A DNA stretch of 40,019 nt. It comes from a virus. Of this stretch, positions 23,148-30,613 are shown in pieces. The notes below the pieces were generated by a model, which did not search any database, had not been told where the DNA came from, and saw nothing but the letters and a program-made list of their open reading frames with translations. The number at the start of each line of letters is the position of its first letter. Within the stretch, counting starts at the first letter, position 1. A program made the position numbers and the translations under genes. The DNA is taken from positions 1 through 40,019 of the IMG/VR virus record IMGVR_UViG_3300034072_000784. One strand, 5' to 3'.

Positions 23148-23176
23148 TTGACGCCTGCTATGTGATCCCATAGTAT
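23148..23176 (+). promoter_or_regulatory. sigma70-like internal promoter
   Basis: TTGACG-N17-TAGTAT. The -10 is flanked by the short inverted repeat GTGAT-N8-ATCAC. Confidence 0.5.
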
Positions 23177-23216
23177 CACCGCATAGGGAATGATCCCGCC
23201 GACAGGAGAATGTGAG

Positions 23217-23465
23217 ATGGCTCGTTATATTGATCTTTCTGATGCCGCTAAAGGGCGCGAACAGCGCAGAGACGCGGCGCGCACAGATTGGGACGCTGAA
23301 ATGCTTCGGCTGGAAAAGGAAGCTGAAAAAATTCGTGATGTTTATTTTGGCAAGCAAGCAGATCGCCTAATCGCCAGCCTCCGAACTGAATGGCTTGCCG
23401 CTAAGCGGATGAAGCATTTCGTAGAGACAGGAGAAAACATCATGCATCGTGGCCTGAAGGATTAA
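23217..23465 (+). CDS. hypothetical 82-aa charged helical protein
   Basis: AGGAGA SD 7 nt upstream. It is the first gene after the promoter. Confidence 0.6.
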   Translation: MARYIDLSDAAKGREQRRDAARTDWDAEMLRLEKEAEKIRDVYFGKQADRLIASLRTEWLAAKRMKHFVETGENIMHRGLKD

Positions 23466-23467
23466 AA

Positions 23468-23665
23468 ATGACCCCCGATCAACTTCGTGACACCCGCAAG
23501 CGTCTCAACCATACTCAGCACAGTCTAGCTGCAGCGTTAGGCATGGGAGTATGGGGCTGGCAGTCGATCAACGCCTTCGAGAAGGGCCGCAAGCCCATCT
23601 CGGCTGGATTTGCTGCCAAGGTGGAGCAACTAGACACCAACACCCGCAATAGCGGAGAGAAGTGA
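23468..23665 (+). CDS. small XRE-type HTH protein
   Basis: It contains LRDTRKRLNHTQHSLAAALGM...INAFEKGRKPIS, an HTH_3-like pattern. Confidence 0.7.
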   Translation: MTPDQLRDTRKRLNHTQHSLAAALGMGVWGWQSINAFEKGRKPISAGFAAKVEQLDTNTRNSGEK

Positions 23666-24117
23666 TGTCTGAGTTTTACAGCGAGCAGATCGTCAAGGTC
23701 CGCAAACCGAGGCCGTGCGCAGGGTGCAGCCAGAGGATTGAAAAGGGCGAGCGGGCACTGACCTATTCCGGCAAGTTCGAAGGTGATTTCGGCTCCTTCA
23801 CGCTGCATCCTGATTGCCGCGAGGCTGAGTTGGCTTGGAACAAGATGGCTGGCACATATGCAGATGAGTTTATCGCATTGGGCGAACTGGAGGCGGATGA
23901 ATGGGAATGGCTGTTGGCCGAGTTTCCAAATGTTGCCGCCCGTATGAACGTGACTGCTGAGCGAATTGCGAAGCATAAGGCTGATGAGCAGATCAGGCGG
24001 GAGTATTGGATGGCAGAAGCGCGCAAGCGTGAGGCTGAACGGTTGGCTAAACTGAACCAATCGCGGGCCATGACAGACCTACAGCGTCTAGGACAGGGGT
24101 TTGACAATGACCTATAA
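23665..24117 (+). CDS. hypothetical protein with CxxC...HxxC motif (150 aa)
   Basis: TGATG coupling. It contains CAGC...HPDC and has a charged C-terminal helix. Confidence 0.65.
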   Translation: MSEFYSEQIVKVRKPRPCAGCSQRIEKGERALTYSGKFEGDFGSFTLHPDCREAELAWNKMAGTYADEFIALGELEADEWEWLLAEFPNVAARMNVTAERIAKHKADEQIRREYWMAEARKREAERLAKLNQSRAMTDLQRLGQGFDNDL

Positions 24118-24502
24118 TATCGATTGGACGAAGCCGATTGAGGCGTACCATCCTGATGGTCGGGTGGTGCCTCAAGAGGTTGAACGCATGGGCGAAGAGC
24201 CATGGACTGTTGGGAATATCGCTGGAGGTGTTTGGAATAAAGATGGCACTCCATGGGAAGCCCCAGAGGGTGAAGAGGACTGGCGCATCCGCAACCGCGA
24301 GTCAGATAAACCCATCCAAGCCACAGGCATTGATGAGATGGTGGAGGCGCTGCGTCCGTTTGCCGAATGGGCCGATTGGTTCGATAGCTGCGAGCAGCAC
24401 CCGGCAGGCTGCCCAGATGAGGCGGCGGCGGATGAGGCTGTTGAAATAACGGTTGGCCAGTTACGTGCCGCTCGCACCGCCCTACAGAAGATGGAGGAAT
24501 GA
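24107..24502 (+). CDS. strongly acidic, Trp-rich hypothetical protein (131 aa)
   Basis: My count gives 29 Asp+Glu against 12 Lys+Arg, and 7 Trp. Confidence 0.65.
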   Translation: MTYNIDWTKPIEAYHPDGRVVPQEVERMGEEPWTVGNIAGGVWNKDGTPWEAPEGEEDWRIRNRESDKPIQATGIDEMVEALRPFAEWADWFDSCEQHPAGCPDEAAADEAVEITVGQLRAARTALQKMEE

Positions 24503-24503
24503 T

Positions 24504-24689
24504 ATGAGGGTCGTGATATATGATGATGAGGACATGGAGCCTATCACGGTCATCAACCTCAAGGGATTGACTAGGCGGGATTTGGAGCAGCGAGGGATGC
24601 GTTGGTGCGTATGCGTATTATTGAGGCCAGGAATAAAAATGCGATCCGTGCAAAATAGTGCTTTACAGCGGCACATTGTTCCTGCATAA
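24504..24689 (+). CDS. hypothetical 61-aa protein
   Basis: GGAGGA SD. ATG lies 1 nt after the upstream stop. Confidence 0.55.
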   Translation: MRVVIYDDEDMEPITVINLKGLTRRDLEQRGMRWCVCVLLRPGIKMRSVQNSALQRHIVPA

Positions 24690-24733
24690 GAGGTTCAACA
24701 GCAACGGAGCAGCGCTCCACCGGATACGGGAGA

Positions 24734-24961
24734 ATGAAGATGCGTTACATTGATATGACCCCCGCTCAACGTGAAGAAGCTTATGCGGACAACGCGCAGG
24801 CCGCGTACATCCATGCGCATGGGTTCGCTATGCGCCCCGGTTACACCAGCGCCGACCGCGAGGCAGAGCGGCACTGGAACAAGGTTGTCCGAGAATGCAA
24901 CTTCATCCTCCGTTGCGCTCGCTCGCGTGGGGATGAATGGGCAAAGAAAATTCGCACTTAG
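24734..24961 (+). CDS. hypothetical protein (75 aa)
   Basis: GGGAGA lies upstream of the ATG. Confidence 0.6.
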   Translation: MKMRYIDMTPAQREEAYADNAQAAYIHAHGFAMRPGYTSADREAERHWNKVVRECNFILRCARSRGDEWAKKIRT

Positions 24962-25020
24962 CCTCCGATGAGGGCGGTTTTGGCCGCCCTATCATGAGAT
25001 TGGGAATATGGAGAGCAATA

Positions 25021-25188
25021 ATGGCATACGCACACTATTTTAACAAAACCCGCCGCAATCCCGCAGAGGTGATTATCACCGTAGGTCCGTCTTTAACCAG
25101 CGGCACGGTGTTTCAGTCCTATGTGTCTGGAAAGCGAGAGGCTGCTAAGCATGCGGCTGAGAACAATGCCAAGCCATGGAATTTCTAA
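25021..25188 (+). CDS. hypothetical 55-aa protein
   Basis: GGAGAG 5 nt upstream. Its TAATG stop-start overlaps the following HTH gene. Confidence 0.5.
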   Translation: MAYAHYFNKTRRNPAEVIITVGPSLTSGTVFQSYVSGKREAAKHAAENNAKPWNF

Positions 25189-25376
25189 TGTCACCGGAGA
25201 CCTTTAAATCAATCCGCAAGCGCGCTGGTCTTACACAGGCTGGCGTTGCTTCGTTCCTATGCCTGGAAGCAAACGGCGGCCGTTACATCAGGGCTATCGA
25301 GAGTGGGGAGCGTAATGCGTCTGGCCCTGTCGCCAAGCTGATGCGCCTGTTGGATGATGGTGTCATATCGCCATGA
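25188..25376 (+). CDS. small XRE/MqsA-like HTH protein
   Basis: It contains FKSIRKRAGLTQAGVASFL...IRAIESGERNASGPVAKLMRLLDD, which resembles antitoxin-type HTH C-termini. Confidence 0.65.
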   Translation: MSPETFKSIRKRAGLTQAGVASFLCLEANGGRYIRAIESGERNASGPVAKLMRLLDDGVISP

Positions 25377-25571
25377 GCCACTATCTACGCGGCTTCTTTT
25401 GGCGCTCAGGTACAATATGGGCGAACGCGGTTCACAGGTTGATGGGGATAAGGTAACGTGGCTGGCATACGTTCAAGGCTGAGGCTTGCAACCTTCGTCA
25501 AGCTGTGGCAATGTTGCCCAGCAACCAAAGCGAAAGGTGGGTGATCGGCTCAGTGCCATATCTAACCAAGC

Positions 25572-25613
25572 GGCGGTTGTCTGATGGAAGTGAGGGCAAC
25601 CGCCCTTGTGTTT
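25572..25613 (+). terminator. candidate terminator between the early-right and late operons
   Basis: 8-bp stem GGCGGTTG/CAACCGCC with a 17-nt loop, followed by CTTGTGTTTGG. Confidence 0.4.
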
Positions 25614-25623
25614 GGAGGATACC

Positions 25624-25698
25624 ATGAGCATAGAGCGAGCAATCTGCATCGGTATCCTTGCTGTCGTATTCGTGTGGCTCGCAACTAGGTTGCTTTGA
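25624..25698 (+). CDS. 24-aa hydrophobic micro-protein coupled to terS
   Basis: GGAGGA 6 nt upstream. Peptide is MSIERAICIGILAVVFVWLATRLL. Its TGA overlaps the terS ATG (TGATG). Confidence 0.45.
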   Translation: MSIERAICIGILAVVFVWLATRLL

Positions 25699-26078
25699 TG
25701 CCCGCTGGCCGACCTTCCAAATACGATCCTGCGTATTGCGATAGTGTTGTAGAGGTTATGGCGACAGGCCTATCTCTAACTGCATTCGCCGGAGAGATTG
25801 GTGTCCATCGTGGTACCATCAATGAATGGATGGAAGTCCACCCTGAATTTTCCGAAAGTGTACGCGTTGGCAAGGCTAAACGCACCCTTGCACTAGAGCG
25901 CGGAATGCTTGGAGCAGAGAGTGGTCCGGCTGTTACAGCGCGCATGTTTGCTCTCAAGAATGCTGACCCGGAAGAGTGGCGTGAGAAGCAGCACGTTGAG
26001 CATTCTGGCGAGATAGCCACGACGACGAAAGAGCAGAGGGACGCAGCAGTTGCAGCCGCAAGCCGCGCCGACGCCTGA
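25698..26078 (+). CDS. terS: terminase small subunit
   Basis: It contains GRPSKYDPAYCDSVVEVMATGLSLTAFAGEIGVHRGTINEWM, a typical terS HTH N-terminus, directly upstream of terL. Confidence 0.85.
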   Translation: MPAGRPSKYDPAYCDSVVEVMATGLSLTAFAGEIGVHRGTINEWMEVHPEFSESVRVGKAKRTLALERGMLGAESGPAVTARMFALKNADPEEWREKQHVEHSGEIATTTKEQRDAAVAAASRADA

Positions 26079-27483
26079 GGATTATGCGTTTTCGCGCTTG
26101 ATTTGTTATGCGGCGTATCAATGGCCGCAATATCGCGACGCCGCGCATCATCGTCTGATCGCCCGTCACCTAGAGGCAGTAGAGCGCGGTGATATCAAGC
26201 GTCTCATGATTACGATGCCGCCTCGCCACGGGAAATCCATGCTGGCGAGCGAGTTCTTTCCTGCATGGTATCTGGGGCGCAATCCAGATCACTACGTTGT
26301 CACGGCGACATACAGTCAGGACTTGGCAGACGATTTTGGGCGGAAGGTGAAGAACCAGATCGCCGACGATGCATTCAAGGCGGTGTTTCCTGGCGTCACA
26401 CTGGCCAATGACAGCAAGAGCGCCAAGCGGTTCAACGTTGAGGGGGCGATTGGATTTGAGCAGGCCACAAATCTGCGAGGCGCTTATTATGCCGTAGGCG
26501 TTGGTGGCCCATTGACGGGCCGTGGCGCGCATCTTCTGTTGATCGATGATCCGGTAAAGAACCGCGAGGATGCGGATAGCGAGACAATCCGCAAGAAGAT
26601 GATGGATTGGTACACGTCCACAGCTTACACGCGATTGATGCCAGGTGGCCGCGTGGTGATAATCCAGACCAGGTGGCACGAAGCGGATTTGTCGGGCTGG
26701 CTCCAGGAAGAACATGGACATGAGGGTTGGGTGGTTTTGGACCTTCCAGCCATTAGCAATGACGGTAAGGCTTTGTGGCCTGAGCAGTACGATCTTGAGG
26801 CGCTGGAGGCTATCAAGCGCGCAATCGGTCCGCGTGAATGGTCAGCGCTGTATCAGCAGAGGCCTCAGCCTGATGAAGGCGGGTTCTTTCAGCGGGCATG
26901 GTTTAAGGAGTGGGACAAGAAGCCGCTTGTCAATGTGTATGGCACGTCAGACTACGCTGTGACTGACGAGGGTGGGGACTATACCGTTCATCGCGTTTGG
27001 GGCGTGGACGCAGAGGACAACCTCTATCGCCTTGATGGATGGAGGGGGCAGACAAGCGCAGACGTGTGGATTGAGCAGAAGCTTAACCTGATAGCCAAGT
27101 GGAAGCCGCTCGCTTGGTTTGGAGAGGGCGGGGTCATTCAAAAGGCCATTGAGCCTATGCTGCGAAAGAGAATGCTGGAGAGGAAGGTGTTTTGTCGGCT
27201 TGAATGGCTTTCCAGCATACACGACAAACCCACCAGGGCGCGCGGTTTTCAGGCTCGCGCCGCTATGGGCAAGGTATTTCTAGAGAAGGGTGCTGACCTC
27301 AGCGAATTTCTGGTGTTCCCCGCTGGCAAGCATGATGATGAAGTTGACACCGCATCCATGATCGGTCGGGCGCTGGACATGGCGCACCCAGCGATTGTCC
27401 CTGCCGTCATTCCCGTTCGCAATCCATCCGACTATCGTGGGCAGTCGAAGCCCAGCGACATATCATCTAGCGCTTGGGGCTAG
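26050..27483 (+). CDS. terL: terminase large subunit
   Basis: It contains MPPRHGKS (Walker A-like), LLLIDDP (Walker B), IIQTRWHEADL and a C-terminal nuclease region. No in-frame ATG lies near the N-terminus, so the start is TTG 26050 or TTG 26098. Confidence 0.9.
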   Translation: MQPQAAPTPEDYAFSRLICYAAYQWPQYRDAAHHRLIARHLEAVERGDIKRLMITMPPRHGKSMLASEFFPAWYLGRNPDHYVVTATYSQDLADDFGRKVKNQIADDAFKAVFPGVTLANDSKSAKRFNVEGAIGFEQATNLRGAYYAVGVGGPLTGRGAHLLLIDDPVKNREDADSETIRKKMMDWYTSTAYTRLMPGGRVVIIQTRWHEADLSGWLQEEHGHEGWVVLDLPAISNDGKALWPEQYDLEALEAIKRAIGPREWSALYQQRPQPDEGGFFQRAWFKEWDKKPLVNVYGTSDYAVTDEGGDYTVHRVWGVDAEDNLYRLDGWRGQTSADVWIEQKLNLIAKWKPLAWFGEGGVIQKAIEPMLRKRMLERKVFCRLEWLSSIHDKPTRARGFQARAAMGKVFLEKGADLSEFLVFPAGKHDDEVDTASMIGRALDMAHPAIVPAVIPVRNPSDYRGQSKPSDISSSAWG

Positions 27484-27502
27484 CAACGGGTATAGGGATA
27501 CC

Positions 27503-27631
27503 ATGACCGAGCAAGAGCGAGAGATTGAACGGCTAGAGGCCAAGCTTGCATCCTCCGAGAACAAGGAGGGCATGGCCCAGCGCGTGGAGGCTATCAAGGC
27601 GAGGCTGGAGGAGTTGCGGAATGATCTTTGA
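27503..27631 (+). CDS. 42-aa coiled-coil protein
   Basis: Peptide: MTEQEREIERLEAKLASSENKEG...RLEELRNDL. Weak SD. Confidence 0.45.
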   Translation: MTEQEREIERLEAKLASSENKEGMAQRVEAIKARLEELRNDL

Positions 27632-27818
27632 ATGGTCGCCACCCAAGGGAACGCCAACACCAGACAATTGGGACGCATTCAGCGCCATGGCGGATGATCC
27701 CTCTGTTCCTGCAATCATCATCCCTGGGCACATGGTCGAAAGCGCAAGGGCCGCATTGGGGAGCGACAAGATCATGGACTTTGCGGCGGCGCGCAAATTG
27801 GGGCTATCTAATGGATAG
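27621..27818 (+). CDS. hypothetical 65-aa protein
   Basis: GGAGGAG 7 nt upstream of the ATG. Confidence 0.55.
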   Translation: MIFEWSPPKGTPTPDNWDAFSAMADDPSVPAIIIPGHMVESARAALGSDKIMDFAAARKLGLSNG

Positions 27819-27984
27819 TGGATTACATGCCGCAGCCGTAAACCGGATGAGGGAGTTTGATGCCATGCCCGCACATATCCGCAGCATAGCCAATGAACAC
27901 GGACTGCGAGCGGCGCGGGCGGCCATTAAGGCGGAGGCGAGTAAGGGTATGGCTATCGTGGAAAGCGTGTTCAATGCTGGATGA
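27811..27984 (+). CDS. hypothetical 57-aa protein
   Basis: Overlaps the neighbouring genes by 8 and 11 nt, consistent with coupling. Confidence 0.5.
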   Translation: MDSGLHAAAVNRMREFDAMPAHIRSIANEHGLRAARAAIKAEASKGMAIVESVFNAG

Positions 27985-29914
27985 CAACATATCCGCCGTG
28001 TCTGCGCCTATCAGCGCAAAGAGCGACACGACACCGGGAGGTCCGACGCCCCCACCCATGATGCGCCTGCGCAAGATGTTCGATGATGCGCGTCAGTTGC
28101 AGAATGACAACCGCATCCGGGCAGAGAAGGACAGGGACTATTATGACGGCCCTGAGCAGCTAAATTCAGAAGTCCGCCGCGTTCTGGAAATGCGCAAGCA
28201 GCCAGCGATCTACACGAACCGCATCCAGCCGATGATCGATGGTATCCTTGGTGTGCTGGAGACGAGCAAGACGGACCCGCAGGCATTCCCGCGCAATCCT
28301 GTCCAGTCGGATGAGAATGCTTCGGACGTAGTAACGAAGGTTCTCCGCTACATCGCGGACGTAAACAGTTTCGAGCAGACTATTCTCAACTGCGCCGAGA
28401 ATTTCCTCATCGAGGGCATCGAGGCAGCGATTATCGAGGCGGACGGGGAAGAAATCCCCATGACGCAAATCCGCTATGAAGAGTTCTTCTATGATCCCTA
28501 TTCTCGCCGTCCTGACTTCAAGGATGCGAAATATATGGGCATCGCGCAATGGAAGGATGCGGCTGATGTTGAGCGCGCATGGCCCGAAGAGTGGAAGCGG
28601 ATGGGCGATCCCTTCACTTACGGCATTGGCGGTCCGAACGGCGCTGTAGACAGCACATGGAATGACAGGCCTGATCAGGCTTACCCATGGGTGGACATTA
28701 CGCGCCGCCGCATGATGGTGGTGGAAGTCTACTATAACGAAGGTGGCGTATGGATGCATTGCATCTACTGCGCGGCTGGCGTGTTCGTCATGGAGGAAAG
28801 CCCTTATCGCAATGTAGTGACGGGCGAGACGCTAAACCCGATTGAAGCGCAGTCATGCTATGTGAACAGGAAGAACGAGCGCTATGGTCGCGTGCGCAAT
28901 TCCATTCCGATCCAGGATGAGATCAACGCCCGCCGCTCGCGCCTGCTTCACCTGTCCAACAGCCGCCAGTTGCAGGAGCGCGAATTGGGAGCCTCTCCCA
29001 TTGATGCGGAGACGGCACGACAGGAGGCTGCGCGCTCCGATGGCATCATTCCTCCCGGCTGGCAGATTGTCCCCACTACGGACATGGCTAGCGGTCAGCA
29101 GCTTCTATTGGCGGAAAGCAAGTCCGAGATCGAGCGCATGGGTCCGACGCCGGGCGTTCTCGCGCAGGACAACCGTTCGCGTTCCGGCAGGCAGTCGCAG
29201 ATAGTTCAGCAGGCGGGTATGACTGAACTGGCCCGCCCCCTTGGCCGCCACTATGATTTTCAGCAGCGCTGCTATCGTGCGGCATGGATGCGCGCTCAGC
29301 AGTTCTGGACGGGCAAGAAATATATCCGCGTGACGGACGAAACCCGCGCGCCAGAGTTCCTGACGATCAATGAGCCTGTAATGGGTCCGGTGATGCAGCC
29401 CGTGATTGATCCGGCGACGGGACAGCCTGCCGTCGATCCCATGACCGGCCAGCCCATTGTCCAGCCGGGTATCGGGGTTGTTGAGATAAAGAACCGCATC
29501 GCTGAGCTTGACGTAGATATCATCGTCAGCAGCGTTCCTGACACGACCACGCTTGCTCAGGAAGTATTCGCAGACCTGTCCGATCTTATCCGCACGACAG
29601 GCATGCAGGCCATCTTCGATCCGGCGTTCGAGATACTGATCGAAATGTCCCCGCTGGCCGACAAGCAGCGCATACTTGAGAAGCTGAAAGCCGCCAAGGA
29701 GGACGCGCAGACGGGCCAGATGGCGCAGATGCAACAGGTCATCCAGGCATTGCAGGCAGAGATCGCCAACCTCACCCAGGGGCAGGCAGCGGCGGACATG
29801 CAGAAGACCGCGAGCGAGACGCGCGAGAATATAGCGCAGGCCGCAAAGATCGAAGCGGAAACCGTCAGAGTGCTAGTTGAACCCTTTAAGAATGCGGGTG
29901 GCATGGAGCCGTAA
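27974..29914 (+). CDS. portal protein
   Basis: 646 aa, following terL. It contains DRDYYDG near the N-terminus and has a long C-terminal helical (barrel-like) tail as in P22-type portals. Confidence 0.85.
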   Translation: MLDDNISAVSAPISAKSDTTPGGPTPPPMMRLRKMFDDARQLQNDNRIRAEKDRDYYDGPEQLNSEVRRVLEMRKQPAIYTNRIQPMIDGILGVLETSKTDPQAFPRNPVQSDENASDVVTKVLRYIADVNSFEQTILNCAENFLIEGIEAAIIEADGEEIPMTQIRYEEFFYDPYSRRPDFKDAKYMGIAQWKDAADVERAWPEEWKRMGDPFTYGIGGPNGAVDSTWNDRPDQAYPWVDITRRRMMVVEVYYNEGGVWMHCIYCAAGVFVMEESPYRNVVTGETLNPIEAQSCYVNRKNERYGRVRNSIPIQDEINARRSRLLHLSNSRQLQERELGASPIDAETARQEAARSDGIIPPGWQIVPTTDMASGQQLLLAESKSEIERMGPTPGVLAQDNRSRSGRQSQIVQQAGMTELARPLGRHYDFQQRCYRAAWMRAQQFWTGKKYIRVTDETRAPEFLTINEPVMGPVMQPVIDPATGQPAVDPMTGQPIVQPGIGVVEIKNRIAELDVDIIVSSVPDTTTLAQEVFADLSDLIRTTGMQAIFDPAFEILIEMSPLADKQRILEKLKAAKEDAQTGQMAQMQQVIQALQAEIANLTQGQAAADMQKTASETRENIAQAAKIEAETVRVLVEPFKNAGGMEP

Positions 29915-29929
29915 TATATAACATAATGC

Positions 29930-29966
29930 AAGGGCTGGCGCGGGACTTCAATTCCGGCCAGCCCTT
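29930..29966 (+). promoter_or_regulatory. 10-bp hairpin downstream of portal
   Basis: AAGGGCTGGC-(17 nt)-GCCAGCCCTT. It marks the left edge of the AT-rich HNH insert. Confidence 0.5.
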
Positions 29967-29989
29967 TAACCACGCGAACGGAGATCGCA

Positions 29990-30469
29990 ATGGCTGTTTA
30001 TGACATAGCATTAATTAAGCCAAAAACAATTGAGCGTTTTTGGTCTAGGGTGGATAAATCTGGAATAGGCGATTGCTGGGAATGGAAGGGGAGCAAAGAT
30101 ACATCCGGATACGGGCTTATAAAGGTCAGGTCAAAGCATTCAAAGGCACATAGGATTTCATTAGTGCTCCATGGTTTCCCAGCCGTGGACGGGATGCACG
30201 CATTGCACTCCTGCGACAACCCTGGATGCGTAAACCCCTCACATCTCAGGTGGGGCACAAGGCGCGACAATATGCGGGACCGCAGTGAGCGAGGGCGCGC
30301 TAATTTACCAAGGGGGCAAAACCACCACATGACCACCTTGACCGACGATAACGTCAGGGAAATTAGAATGTCTCACTTGAGTGGCGTTGATCTTGCAAGG
30401 AAATTCGGCGTCACACGGGCAACTATATGCGACATACGAAAGCGTAGAGTTTGGAACCATATTGCGTAA
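29990..30469 (+). CDS. HNH homing endonuclease with C-terminal HTH
   Basis: It contains CWEWKGSKDTSGYG...HSCDNPGCVNPSHLRWGTRRDNMRD (HNH_3-type) and a C-terminal HTH (DLARKFGVTRATICDIRKRRVW). GC is about 35% in the line I counted. Confidence 0.85.
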   Translation: MAVYDIALIKPKTIERFWSRVDKSGIGDCWEWKGSKDTSGYGLIKVRSKHSKAHRISLVLHGFPAVDGMHALHSCDNPGCVNPSHLRWGTRRDNMRDRSERGRANLPRGQNHHMTTLTDDNVREIRMSHLSGVDLARKFGVTRATICDIRKRRVWNHIA

Positions 30470-30495
30470 CGTCCGGTATCATGATACCCGTTACG
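30465..30495 (+). promoter_or_regulatory. nested hairpin downstream of HNH
   Basis: CGTAAC-gtcc-GGTATC-at-GATACC-c-GTTACG, overlapping the HNH stop codon. Confidence 0.5.
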
Positions 30496-30613
30496 AATAG
30501 GTGCAGCCGACCTTACGGGCTTATCGAGGCGCAGCCACTCGCTAAACGCTGCCGGGAAGCCGCCGATGCGGGCTGTTCGGACGATGCCACGAGACGGCAT
30601 GGATGGAGTAGGT

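Noticed and set aside
25377-25623. Possible tRNA, sRNA or attP core in the long intergenic gap, and a 27-aa ORF (25373) faintly like an integrase N-terminus
   Set aside because: I could not fold a cloverleaf, and there is no GTTCRANNC T-loop with matching stems. The hairpins are better explained as terminator or promoter context. A 27-aa match by impression is not evidence. A tRNAscan/Rfam run would settle it.
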